Of a DNA stretch of 32,000 nt, positions 10,132 to 18,036 are shown in pieces. The stretch is from Dickeya dadantii NCPPB 898 (GTDB lineage Bacteria; Pseudomonadota; Gammaproteobacteria; Enterobacterales; Enterobacteriaceae), in contig NZ_AOOE01000043.1 in NCBI RefSeq assembly GCF_000406145.1, positions 62,812-94,811 on the forward strand, in the 5' to 3' direction. A model generated the notes under the pieces. The model searched no databases, was not told the DNA's origin, and saw only the letters and a program-made list of their open reading frames with translations. The position numbers and the translations under genes were made by a program. How positions within the stretch are numbered: the first letter of the stretch is position 1; the number at the start of each line of letters is the position of its first letter.

Positions 10132-10703
10132 TGATTGTAGGTCTGGCGAACCCTGGTGCCGAATACGCCACCACCCGCCATAACGCCGGCGCCTGGTACA
10201 TTGACCGCCTGGCGGAAGCCTACCGACAGCCGCTGAAAGAAGAGAGTAAATTTTTCGGCTATACCGCACGTCTGTCTATGGCGGGTAACGATGTACGCCT
10301 GCTGGTGCCCACAACGTTCATGAACCTGAGCGGCAAAGCCGTAGCGGCGATGGCAACCTTCTATCGCATCCAGCCCGATGAAATTCTGGTGGCGCACGAT
10401 GAACTGGACCTGCCGCCCGGCGTCGCCAAACTGAAGCTCGGTGGCGGTCACGGCGGCCACAATGGGTTGAAGGATATCGTCAGCAAACTCGGCAACAACC
10501 CCAATTTTCACCGTTTACGCATCGGCATCGGCCATCCGGGTGATAAAAACAAGGTGGTGGGATTTGTGCTAGGCAAACCGCCCGCCAGCGAACAGACGCT
10601 GATCGATCAAGCGATTGACGAATCATTGCGCTGCACCGATATCCTGATGAAGGAAGACATGATCAAAGCCATGAACCGCCTGCACGCGTTCAAAGCGTCA
10701 TGA
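10116..10703 (+). CDS. pth: peptidyl-tRNA hydrolase
   Basis: 195 aa from GTG 10116. (M)[25 protein letters not shown]...[52 protein letters not shown] matches E. coli Pth closely. The nearest upstream ATG (10099) is out of frame and stops after 6 codons. Confidence 0.93.
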   Translation: MSGIKLIVGLANPGAEYATTRHNAGAWYIDRLAEAYRQPLKEESKFFGYTARLSMAGNDVRLLVPTTFMNLSGKAVAAMATFYRIQPDEILVAHDELDLPPGVAKLKLGGGHGGHNGLKDIVSKLGNNPNFHRLRIGIGHPGDKNKVVGFVLGKPPASEQTLIDQAIDESLRCTDILMKEDMIKAMNRLHAFKAS

Positions 10704-10832
10704 TGGGCGATCGGGCGAATCGAGTTCATGCCACATTATGTGTATAATTGGCATTAAGACTGACTTTTTCCATTATGACAGGCTTTTTCCAAACAAAGCC
10801 TGATGATTAGTGATTTTTAAGGTGACATAAAC

Positions 10833-11924
10833 ATGGGATTCAAATGCGGTATCGTTGGGCTGCCTAACGTGGGTAAATCCACTCTGTTCAACGCGCTGAC
10901 CAAAGCCGGTATCGAAGCGGCCAACTTTCCGTTTTGTACTATCGAACCCAACACCGGCGTAGTGCCGATGCCGGACCTGCGCCTCGACCAGTTGGCCGAG
11001 ATTGTCAAACCGCAGCGTACCGTCCCCACCACCATGGAGTTTGTGGATATCGCCGGTCTGGTGAAAGGCGCCTCCAAAGGCGAAGGTCTGGGCAACCAGT
11101 TCCTGACCAACATCCGTGAAACCGAAGCCATCGGCCACGTGGTACGTTGCTTTGAAAATGAAAATATCATCCACGTTGCCGGTAAAGTGAACCCTGCCGA
11201 TGATATTGATACCATCAACACTGAGCTGGCGTTGTCGGATCTGGACACCTGTGAACGCGCGCTGCATCGCGTACAGAAGAAAGCCAAAGGCGGCGATAAA
11301 GACGCGAAAGTTGAACAAGCCGCGCTGGAAAAATGCCTGCCGCAGTTGGAAAACGCCGGTATGCTGCGCGCGCTGGATCTAAGCGCGGAAGAGAAAGCGG
11401 CGATCCGCTATCTGAGCTTCCTGACCCTTAAACCAACAATGTACATTGCCAACGTTAATGAAGACGGCTTCGAGAACAACCCTTATCTGGATCAGGTTCG
11501 CGAAATCGCAGCGAGAGAAGGTTCCGTGGTAGTGCCGGTATGTGCCGCGGTTGAATCCGACATTGCTGAACTTGATGATGAAGAGCGCGATGAATTCATG
11601 GCGGAGCTGGGTCTGGAAGAGCCAGGCTTAAACCGCGTAATCCGCGCGGGTTATGAATTGCTGAACCTGCAAACCTACTTCACCGCTGGCGTAAAAGAAG
11701 TTCGCGCCTGGACCATCCCGGTTGGCGCCACTGCCCCACAGGCGGCCGGTAAAATTCACACCGACTTCGAAAAAGGGTTTATTCGCGCCCAGACTATCGC
11801 CTTTGATGATTTCATCACTTACAAAGGTGAACAAGGCGCCAAAGAAGCCGGTAAAATGCGTTCAGAAGGGAAAGAATATATCGTTAAAGATGGCGATATT
11901 ATGAACTTCTTGTTTAACGTCTAA
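10833..11924 (+). CDS. ychF: ribosome-binding ATPase YchF (Obg-like)
   Basis: 363 aa with the G1 motif GLPNVGKST, the TGS-like C-terminus [14 protein letters not shown], and the pth-ychF order. Confidence 0.96.
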   Translation: MGFKCGIVGLPNVGKSTLFNALTKAGIEAANFPFCTIEPNTGVVPMPDLRLDQLAEIVKPQRTVPTTMEFVDIAGLVKGASKGEGLGNQFLTNIRETEAIGHVVRCFENENIIHVAGKVNPADDIDTINTELALSDLDTCERALHRVQKKAKGGDKDAKVEQAALEKCLPQLENAGMLRALDLSAEEKAAIRYLSFLTLKPTMYIANVNEDGFENNPYLDQVREIAAREGSVVVPVCAAVESDIAELDDEERDEFMAELGLEEPGLNRVIRAGYELLNLQTYFTAGVKEVRAWTIPVGATAPQAAGKIHTDFEKGFIRAQTIAFDDFITYKGEQGAKEAGKMRSEGKEYIVKDGDIMNFLFNV

Positions 11925-12015
11925 ATTTTCTTCTGTTGTCTTCATGAGGCTTCACTGATTCTCATGAAGGCCGACAAACCCATAAAATCCACGCAGTTGC
12001 GTGGATTTTTCTTTT
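11916..12015 (+). repeat. direct repeat copy 1: last codons of ychF, a hairpin, and the rho-independent terminator
   Basis: aacgtctaaattttcttctgttgtcttcatgaggcttcactgattctcatgaaggccgacaaacccataaaatccacgcagttgcgtggatttttctttt. It recurs at 12474-12572 with 3 differences. Confidence 0.9.
11984..12015 (+). terminator. rho-independent terminator of ychF
   Basis: Stem aaaatccacgca / tgcgtggatttt with a 2-nt loop, followed by a T-rich tail (tctttt). Confidence 0.8.
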
Positions 12016-12473
12016 CGTAATGTCTCATGTAATGGACTGACCCCCTCCCCGGTAGACGATCCTGGACTGGCCCTGGACTGACCCCACAACCGCAAACAGC
12101 CCCATGAATCCCTGAATAATCTGACGCCAGCAGAATACCGGCATGATGGCTGAAAAACCGGATATATCAAAAAGTACGTGGAACTAAAACGGGTGTGCTT
12201 ACAGTATGCGCTGACGTACCGTCACAGTACGTATTGAGTGTCTGTGTTTTCCCTAGGTAACTCTACGGGCTGGTTGCGTTTGAATGTGTAGCGGTACATA
12301 TTCAGATAAACGGCCCCCGGCGACACAGTCATCTCGAAGACATTAGTCCAAAATGGATAAACAGGTGTTGTGGTAGCTAGCCTTAGAGGAAGACACAAAT
12401 CAAAGTGAGTACATGAATGAGTATAAAAATAAATAAACTATTTATCAAAATTTTAAACTTAAAATCACAGTTC

Positions 12474-12572
12474 AACGTCTAATTTTCTTCTGTTGTCTTC
12501 ATGAGGATTCACTGAATCTCATGAAGGCCGACAAACCCATAAAATCCACGCAGTTGCGTGGATTTTTCTTTT
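12474..12572 (+). repeat. direct repeat copy 2: a displaced copy of the ychF 3' end and terminator
   Basis: 99 nt. It differs from copy 1 by one 1-nt indel and two substitutions, both in the loop of the first hairpin. It contains a second copy of the terminator hairpin (12541-12566 plus T-run). Confidence 0.9.
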
Positions 12573-12724
12573 TATGCTGTCTTACCAGGTCTTGTGGAGG
12601 CGCGTTGAAAAACGCGTATAAACAGTTTCCATCTTTATGGTAGTCGGGTACAACAGCATTATAAGAAATGTATAAGAAACCATGATGCTCGCAGATATTC
12701 AGTTATGAGCATAATTTTTTTCGT

Positions 12725-12790
12725 AAAAAATGAGAGTTACCTTTGTTTGCATCAGGTGTTTGCATCAGGGCGCCACCATCGGTAACTCTC
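12725..12790 (-). terminator. putative terminator of xynA (long-loop hairpin plus T-run)
   Basis: On the minus strand the stem is gagagttacc ... ggtaactctc, followed by attttttacgaaaaaaa. The 38-nt loop contains a direct repeat, gtttgcatcag x2. It lies about 48 nt after the xynA stop. Confidence 0.45.
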
Positions 12791-12837
12791 ACGCTTTCAG
12801 GCTGATATGTCAGAGCTGGTCGGGATAATGCAAATGA

Positions 12838-14079
12838 TTATTTACCGACAAAGGTGGTCACACTTAACGGATTCAGCCATACCGTCGCCTTGCCGCTGTC
12901 ATCGACCTGATATGAGCCGCCATATTCAACATTCAGCACTTCTGATGTGCTGTATTTTTCAAATTTACCGACGTTAGCGTTACTGATATTCAGCGACAAC
13001 ATTTGGTCTGAGTCATTCGTGTTTACAGCAACAATAACCATTTTTCCATCCGAGTTCTTGTAGGCTGTAAGGTGAACATTTGACTGGGGATTTTCCGTAG
13101 CCTGAATACGAAGGGCACCAGGGCGAACAAACCGGGCATATTGCGACATCACGTAACCACGCTTACTGACTTTACCGTCTTCAGTCAGTAATCCATACGA
13201 GCGACGGATATACCACCAGACATAGGCGCTATAATTTGACACCATGCTGGCATTCAGTTCAGTACCCACGTCAAGGGCTGAGGTCCAGTTATTGGCCGAT
13301 TGTTTGGAATCAACATAGTGTTCGGTCATCCACAGTTGCTTACCTGCATTCTGTGCTAACGGATACGGTTTAGGCGTCGTTCCATACAGGTGCCCACCGA
13401 TGATTGACACATATTTTGATGCGTCACTATCTTTCAATACCGGATCAGTTAATGCAGGGTTAAAACCTAACGATTCCGCGACAATGACTTTGAGTGAACC
13501 AAATTTAGATCCTTGCGATTTGAGATAGTTTTTGAATTCATCACCACTCCACTCGCAGGATTCATAATCAGGCTTCCAGTCGGGCTCGTTTTGTATAGAA
13601 ATAGCATAAATGGGGGCACTGTTAGTCTGCATGTATTTGGAAAAATCCAGCAGGTGCGAGGTATAGGCAGAGTAATGTGCCGGAAGCAAACGCCCACCGT
13701 TTATCAAACTGTTGTTGCTTTTCATATACGCGGGTGGCGTCCAGGGGGTAGCCATTAATTTAGCCCCCAGCGAGACGGCCTTACGCGCACTCGGAACTTG
13801 TATATTCCATTTATTGTAGTCGGGATCAATTCTTATTCGCATAATTGATAGCCCTATCTGGCCAGCATCATTACCGAATGCAGTATTAATTTGCTCTGTT
13901 GTCAGATCATTTATCCACCCAGCACCATTCATCCCGCCAAAACCTTGAATTGTCTGGTAATTAACTTTTGCGTCAATCTTCACTGTATCAGCATAGGCAG
14001 AAAACGCTCCTGCCGTGACTGAAACCACAATAGCCGCACTCAAACAATGGCGAACCCAGCAAGTTACATTTCCATTCAT
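12838..14079 (-). CDS. xynA: secreted GH30 (formerly GH5) glucuronoxylan-specific endo-beta-1,4-xylanase
   Basis: The ORF track gives 12838-14100. I prefer the ATG at 14079 (SD aagga 8 nt upstream), which gives 413 aa. MNGNVTCWVRHC...ADTVKIDAKVNYQTIQGFGGMNGAGWINDLTTEQINTAFG...ISIQNEPDW...LWMTEHY...VWLNPLSVTTFV is nearly collinear with the Erwinia chrysanthemi/Dickeya XynA sequence I remember. A signal peptide is present and the coding sequence is AT-rich. Confidence 0.9.
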   Translation of the reverse strand: MNGNVTCWVRHCLSAAIVVSVTAGAFSAYADTVKIDAKVNYQTIQGFGGMNGAGWINDLTTEQINTAFGNDAGQIGLSIMRIRIDPDYNKWNIQVPSARKAVSLGAKLMATPWTPPAYMKSNNSLINGGRLLPAHYSAYTSHLLDFSKYMQTNSAPIYAISIQNEPDWKPDYESCEWSGDEFKNYLKSQGSKFGSLKVIVAESLGFNPALTDPVLKDSDASKYVSIIGGHLYGTTPKPYPLAQNAGKQLWMTEHYVDSKQSANNWTSALDVGTELNASMVSNYSAYVWWYIRRSYGLLTEDGKVSKRGYVMSQYARFVRPGALRIQATENPQSNVHLTAYKNSDGKMVIVAVNTNDSDQMLSLNISNANVGKFEKYSTSEVLNVEYGGSYQVDDSGKATVWLNPLSVTTFVGK

Positions 14080-14360
14080 AGCATCCATCCTTAATAACAT
14101 GAATATTGGGAAACAATTATAAAAACTAACTTTATTATTCCTGAAAAGCTATAAATACAACAAACAAAAGCCACCTATATTTAATTTTGATGGCATCTTA
14201 TTTATATTCCATTTTTATATTTAGTTCTAGCGCTAAAATCTGCATCCCCGTCTTCTATATTGGGTAAATAGTATCAGCAGATTAATCAGATGCGGGCTAA
14301 TAATGACGTTATCTTATTTTCCTGTCTTTTTCCTAAAGTATAAAACGAGAAAACCAGAGC

Positions 14361-14393
14361 AGGTTCTGACCGCAGGAGCGGCCAGAAAACCCT
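14361..14393 (-). terminator. possible dbpA terminator hairpin
   Basis: On the minus strand, ggttttctggcc gctcctgc ggtcagaacc forms a stem with one bulge and one G-U pair. It is followed by the T-rich tgctctggttttctcgtttt, about 55 nt after the dbpA stop. Confidence 0.35.
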
Positions 14394-14448
14394 ATATCAC
14401 CAGTTAGTCAAGGCCCATCAGAGCACAGCATGATTGCTTTTTCTCACC

Positions 14449-15822
14449 TTACTTCAGCAACCTGACCTTCACCGCCTTCCCTTTAATTTTCCCCTGCTGC
14501 AACTGCTTCCACGCGTGGCGCGCCACCGACTGCTTCACCGCCACATAGGCGTGCATCGGATGAATCGTAATCTTACCGATATCAGCGCCATCCAGCCCCA
14601 TGTCGCCGGTTAATGCGCCCAAAATATCGCCGGGACGCATTTTGGCTTTCTTGCCGCCGTCGATGCACAGCGTCGCCATCGTCGCTTCCAGCGGGGTGAT
14701 GCGTAATCCGGTCGGCAGCGGATGCCAGCTGAGTTTCATATTCAGCATCTCTTCCAGCGCATTGGCACGCTGGGCCTCTTCCGGCGCGCAGAGACTGATG
14801 GCCAGCCCGCTTTCACCGGCGCGGGCGGTACGGCCGATGCGGTGAATATGCACCTCGGGATCCCACGACAACTCGTAGTTAATCACCATCTCCAGCGCTT
14901 TGATATCCAGCCCACGCGCGGCAACGTCGGTTGCCACCAGCACGCGGCTGCTACCGTTAGCGAAGCGTACCAGCGTCTGGTCGCGGTCACGCTGTTCCAT
15001 GTCGCCGTGCAGCGCCAGCACGCTCTGGTTACTGTCGGTCAGGGCATCGTATACCGCCTGACAATCTTTTTTGGTATTGCAGAACACCACGCAGGAAGCC
15101 GGTTGTTCGCGGCTGAGCAGTTTTTGCAGCAGATCGATTTTACCGCTGCGGGAAACTTCATAGAACTGCTGTTCAATCGCCGGCAGTTCATCCACCGTGT
15201 CGATTGCGATGGTCAGCGGATCGCGCTGAATACGGTGGCTAATGGCGGCAATGGCATCCGGCCAGGTGGCGGAAAACAGCAGCGTTTGACGCTGAGCGGG
15301 CACGTGGGCGATAACCTCATCGATGGCGTCGGCAAAACCCATATCGAGCATCCGGTCAGCTTCATCCAGCACCAGCGTCTGCAGGGCATCAAGGCTTACC
15401 GTCTCCTTTTTCAGGTGATCCAGCAGTCGGCCCGGCGTGGCGACAATGATGTGAGGAGCATGGATCAGCGAGTCGCGCTGGAGACTGAACGGCACACCGC
15501 CGCACAGCGTCAGCACCTTGATGTTCGGCAGGTAGCGCGCCAGCCGGCGCAGTTCATTGGCGACCTGATCGGCGAGTTCGCGTGTCGGGCACAGCACCAG
15601 CGACTGGGTGTTGAACTGCCCGGCATCCAACTGCTGCAACAGGCCCAGCCCGAAAGCCGCGGTTTTGCCGCTGCCGGTTTTCGCCTGCGCGCGGACATCT
15701 TTACCTGCGAGGATCGCTGGTAACGCCGCGGCCTGAATCGGGGTCATGGTCAGGTAGCCCAGCTCGTTAAGGGTGGTGAGTTGTTCCGCAGGAAGCGCGT
15801 TAAGTTCAGCAAATGAGGTCAC
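14449..15822 (-). CDS. dbpA: ATP-dependent DEAD-box RNA helicase DbpA (23S rRNA-specific)
   Basis: The ORF track starts at 15894. Alignment to the remembered E. coli DbpA (MTAFSTLNVLPPAQLTNLNELGYLTMTPVQAAALP...) favours GTG 15822 (VTSFAELNALPAEQLTTLNELGYLTMTPIQ), giving 457 aa as in E. coli. The motifs AKTGSGKTAAF, DEAD, SAT and HRIGRTARAG are present, as is the C-terminal RNA-binding domain ending KVRLLK. Confidence 0.92.
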   Translation of the reverse strand: MTSFAELNALPAEQLTTLNELGYLTMTPIQAAALPAILAGKDVRAQAKTGSGKTAAFGLGLLQQLDAGQFNTQSLVLCPTRELADQVANELRRLARYLPNIKVLTLCGGVPFSLQRDSLIHAPHIIVATPGRLLDHLKKETVSLDALQTLVLDEADRMLDMGFADAIDEVIAHVPAQRQTLLFSATWPDAIAAISHRIQRDPLTIAIDTVDELPAIEQQFYEVSRSGKIDLLQKLLSREQPASCVVFCNTKKDCQAVYDALTDSNQSVLALHGDMEQRDRDQTLVRFANGSSRVLVATDVAARGLDIKALEMVINYELSWDPEVHIHRIGRTARAGESGLAISLCAPEEAQRANALEEMLNMKLSWHPLPTGLRITPLEATMATLCIDGGKKAKMRPGDILGALTGDMGLDGADIGKITIHPMHAYVAVKQSVARHAWKQLQQGKIKGKAVKVRLLK

Positions 15823-15951
15823 GGTGAGAATTCCAGATGAAATAAGCCGGCAATGATACCATCCCTTTCCTGCCGCGCCGTGAGGAGTTTTCACCTCGCC
15901 GCCATCGGGTTCGGCTAATATCGCAAGGCAGGGTTAGCTCAGGTCACTTTT

Positions 15952-16007
15952 TTCGAAGAGAGACTTTCGAAAAGAAATGTTCGACAAGAAATATTCGAAG
16001 AGAAATG
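15952..16007. repeat. four in-phase 14-bp tandem repeats, each starting with a palindromic or near-palindromic TTCGAA
   Basis: ttcgaagagagact / ttcgaaaagaaatg / ttcgacaagaaata / ttcgaagagaaatg (15952-65, 15966-79, 15980-93, 15994-16007). The array lies in the divergent dbpA / ECF-operon intergenic region. Confidence 0.9.
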
Positions 16008-16013
16008 AGCGGC

Positions 16014-16041
16014 GAATAAAAACGAATGCCGAGACGTTAAC
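16014..16041 (+). promoter_or_regulatory. putative ECF-type promoter of the TPR-sigma-anti-sigma operon
   Basis: GAATAAA (16014-16020), then N14, then CGTTAAC (16035-16041), ending 44 nt upstream of ATG 16085. The same motif with identical spacing is found upstream of the yceI-like gene. Confidence 0.5.
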
Positions 16042-16084
16042 TCATCATTCACACCGCGCATTCATTAACCCTGGAGTAAATACG

Positions 16085-16636
16085 ATGAACCCTGTCTCCC
16101 GCTTCCAACCTTCCATTGCCCGTCGTCTGGCTATCCCGGTACTGCTGTTTTCTTTGCACGTCCCGCAGGTGTTTGCTGCCGGCGACGACGACACCAACCG
16201 TAAAACGCCCGACTGCCCGGCCGGCCAGATTTATAACAGCGCCACGAAACAGTGTGTGCCGGAGAAAACCAGCCGTCTTAGCGATCAGGATAAAACGAAC
16301 TATGCTTATCATCTGGCTAAAAAAGGTGAGTATCAGGCGGCGCTGAACCTGCTGGATACCCTGAAAAACGGCAATACCGCCGAAGCCTGGAACTACCGGG
16401 GGTACGCCACGCGAAAACTCGGGCGTACCGACGAAGGCATCGGCTATTATCAACGCTCGCTGGCGCTTAACCCGAATTATGCGAAAGTGCGCGAATATCT
16501 CGGCGAAGCGTGGCTGGTGAAAGGCCGCCCCGATCTGGCGCGGGAACAACTGAAAACGATCGCCGGTCTGTGCGGCCAAAACTGCGAAGAGTATCGCGAT
16601 TTACAGGCCGCGATTAACGGGCATCCTGAATCCTGA
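16085..16636 (+). CDS. periplasmic tetratricopeptide-repeat (TPR) protein
   Basis: The ORF track starts at 15977, inside the tandem repeat. I prefer ATG 16085 (SD ggag). MNPVSRFQPSIARRLAIPVLLFSLHVPQVFA/AG looks like a signal peptide. TPR-like repeats are present (AEAWNYRGYATRKLGRTDEGIGYYQRSLALNPNYAKVREYLGEAWL), along with two Cys pairs (CPAGQ...KQC and CGQNC). Confidence 0.7.
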   Translation: MNPVSRFQPSIARRLAIPVLLFSLHVPQVFAAGDDDTNRKTPDCPAGQIYNSATKQCVPEKTSRLSDQDKTNYAYHLAKKGEYQAALNLLDTLKNGNTAEAWNYRGYATRKLGRTDEGIGYYQRSLALNPNYAKVREYLGEAWLVKGRPDLAREQLKTIAGLCGQNCEEYRDLQAAINGHPES

Positions 16637-16658
16637 GTATCAGCACGAGGACAAAAAA

Positions 16659-17174
16659 ATCACTACCAGTGAAGTTCGCCAGCAGCTTGCCGCGCATCTG
16701 ACACGCCTGTGGCGCTATGGTCTGGTGCTGTCGCGCAGTCACGACGCTGCTGAAGAATTAGTTCAGTCCACCTGCGTTCGCGCGCTCGAAAAGAGCGCGC
16801 AATTTACGCCGGGTACCCGTATCGACAGATGGCTATTTTCCATTCTTCACTCTATTTGGATTTCCGACCTGCGCGCCCGCCGCGTGCGTATGGGGCAAGG
16901 ATTTGTCGAAAGCGATGAATTGTTGGCGCCGGATACCCACGCGCTGAATGACGATCGCCGGCATTACCAGAAAATCATGCAACGGGTAAACGCGCTGCCT
17001 GAAGCGCAACGCAACGCCATATTTTTAGTTTATGTCGAAGGGTTTACCTATCAGGAGGCGGCAGACACGTTATCGGTACCGATCGGCACGATTATGAGCC
17101 GGCTGGCGGCGGCACGGACCATTCTGGCCCAATCGGTTGACGCCCCGGTGTCCGAGAAGGAAAAACGTTCATGA
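16659..17174 (+). CDS. ECF (sigma-70 group 4) RNA polymerase sigma factor; start codon uncertain and non-canonical
   Basis: Region 2 (AEELVQSTCVRALEKSAQF...RIDRWLFSILHSIWISDLR) and region 4.2 (LPEAQRNAIFLVYVEGFTYQEAADTLSVPIGTIMSRLAAAR) are present. The frame is open from 16554 and encodes a region-2.1-like helix (QQLAAHLTRLWRYGLVLSRS) upstream of the first canonical start, GTG 16725. An SD gagga (16647-51) lies 7 nt before ATC 16659. The 3' end is certain. The stop overlaps the anti-sigma start as ATGA (17171-17174). Confidence 0.75.
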   Translation: MTTSEVRQQLAAHLTRLWRYGLVLSRSHDAAEELVQSTCVRALEKSAQFTPGTRIDRWLFSILHSIWISDLRARRVRMGQGFVESDELLAPDTHALNDDRRHYQKIMQRVNALPEAQRNAIFLVYVEGFTYQEAADTLSVPIGTIMSRLAAARTILAQSVDAPVSEKEKRS

Positions 17175-17974
17175 GATCAACGAGTTTTATTCCCCCTTAC
17201 AGCGACGAAGCCATCGTTGCCTGGCTTGACGGTGAGATGAATGACACCGATGCACAGCGGTTCGAACAAGAGCTCAGAAGCGACGATCAACTTGCCGTGC
17301 GCATCGCTACGCTGCAGAAAAGCGATCTGGCGTTTAAAGAAGCCTTCGAGCCGTTGCTCGATGACGCGCCCCAGGCCCGCATGCAGCATCGGCTTGAGCA
17401 ACTGCTAACAACGACGCCCTCGGCGGGAGAAACCTCACCGCGCACCGGGGTTAGCCGCCGTTCGCTGATTGCCGCCTCGCTCAGTTTTCTGGTGATGGGT
17501 TCAGGGCTGGGGTATCTGGCGCGCCCGGCCTCGGCGGTGCGTAGCGAGAGCGAGAAAATTCGCGATCTTGAGGCCCGCTACATGTCGCTATACAGCGCGG
17601 AAACGCTGCTCGATATGGACAGCGCATCGCCCGTGCTGGCTCGCGGACTGGCGCGTACCGCGCAGGACATTGGGCTACATCTGAGCGAACAGCAGCTTAC
17701 TATTCAAGGCGCGGAGCTGAAAATGGTACGTATGCTGCGCTACGACAGCACCTCAATCGCACAGATTGCCTGGATGCATGCCGATTACGGGCCGATGGCG
17801 TTGTGCATTTCCCCTGATCGTCAACAAAGCGCAACCTCGATCAACCATGAACAGCGACATGGAATGCATCTGGCCTGGTGGTATGCCGGGGGCTATCAGT
17901 TCGTATTGATCGGCCGCAATCCCGTCTCGCAGCTTAGCGATAGCGCGCTCAGGTTGCAGACCTCACTGACCTAA
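17171..17974 (+). CDS. single-pass membrane anti-sigma factor
   Basis: 267 aa, translationally coupled to the sigma gene. It has an N-terminal anti-sigma-domain-like helix pattern (AIVAWLDGEMNDTDAQRFEQELRSDDQLAVRIATL) with no Cys/His zinc ligands, one TM segment (LIAASLSFLVMGSGLGYLA), and a periplasmic C-terminal domain. Confidence 0.7.
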   Translation: MRSTSFIPPYSDEAIVAWLDGEMNDTDAQRFEQELRSDDQLAVRIATLQKSDLAFKEAFEPLLDDAPQARMQHRLEQLLTTTPSAGETSPRTGVSRRSLIAASLSFLVMGSGLGYLARPASAVRSESEKIRDLEARYMSLYSAETLLDMDSASPVLARGLARTAQDIGLHLSEQQLTIQGAELKMVRMLRYDSTSIAQIAWMHADYGPMALCISPDRQQSATSINHEQRHGMHLAWWYAGGYQFVLIGRNPVSQLSDSALRLQTSLT

Positions 17975-17991
17975 CCTGTGGCCCAACGATG

Positions 17992-18034
17992 CCCTTCCCT
18001 CCACGCCCCGCTAGCCAGCGCGTGGAGGAAGGGG
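17992..18034. terminator. hairpin between the convergent anti-sigma and yceI-like genes (possible bidirectional terminator)
   Basis: cccttccctccacgc ... gcgtggaggaagggg. The core is 9 bp perfect (cctccacgc/gcgtggagg) and extends with one bulge. The flanking T-runs are weak. Confidence 0.4.
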
Positions 18035-18036
18035 TT

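Noticed and set aside
10779-10802. Hairpin caggcttt/aaagcctg between pth and ychF as a terminator.
   Set aside because: The stem is AT-rich and has no adjacent T-run. pth and ychF are likely co-transcribed, so it was not called.
11952-12170. 72-aa minus-strand ORF downstream of ychF.
   Set aside because: It runs antisense through the ychF terminator hairpins and the short ggactgacccc repeats. There is no RBS and no recognisable sequence.
10081-16007. Possibility that the tandem repeats (17 bp x3 at pth, 14 bp x4 at 15952) are a CRISPR array or minisatellite-encoded peptide.
   Set aside because: The units are contiguous with no spacers and are far shorter than CRISPR repeats. No cas genes are present. 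They are reported instead as regulatory or slippage repeats.
15977-16084. N-terminal extension of the TPR ORF (MFDKKYSKRNERRIKTN…) suggested by the ORF track.
   Set aside because: The extension is simply the translation of the 14-bp tandem repeat and the putative promoter. The ATG at 16085 has an SD and is followed directly by a signal peptide.
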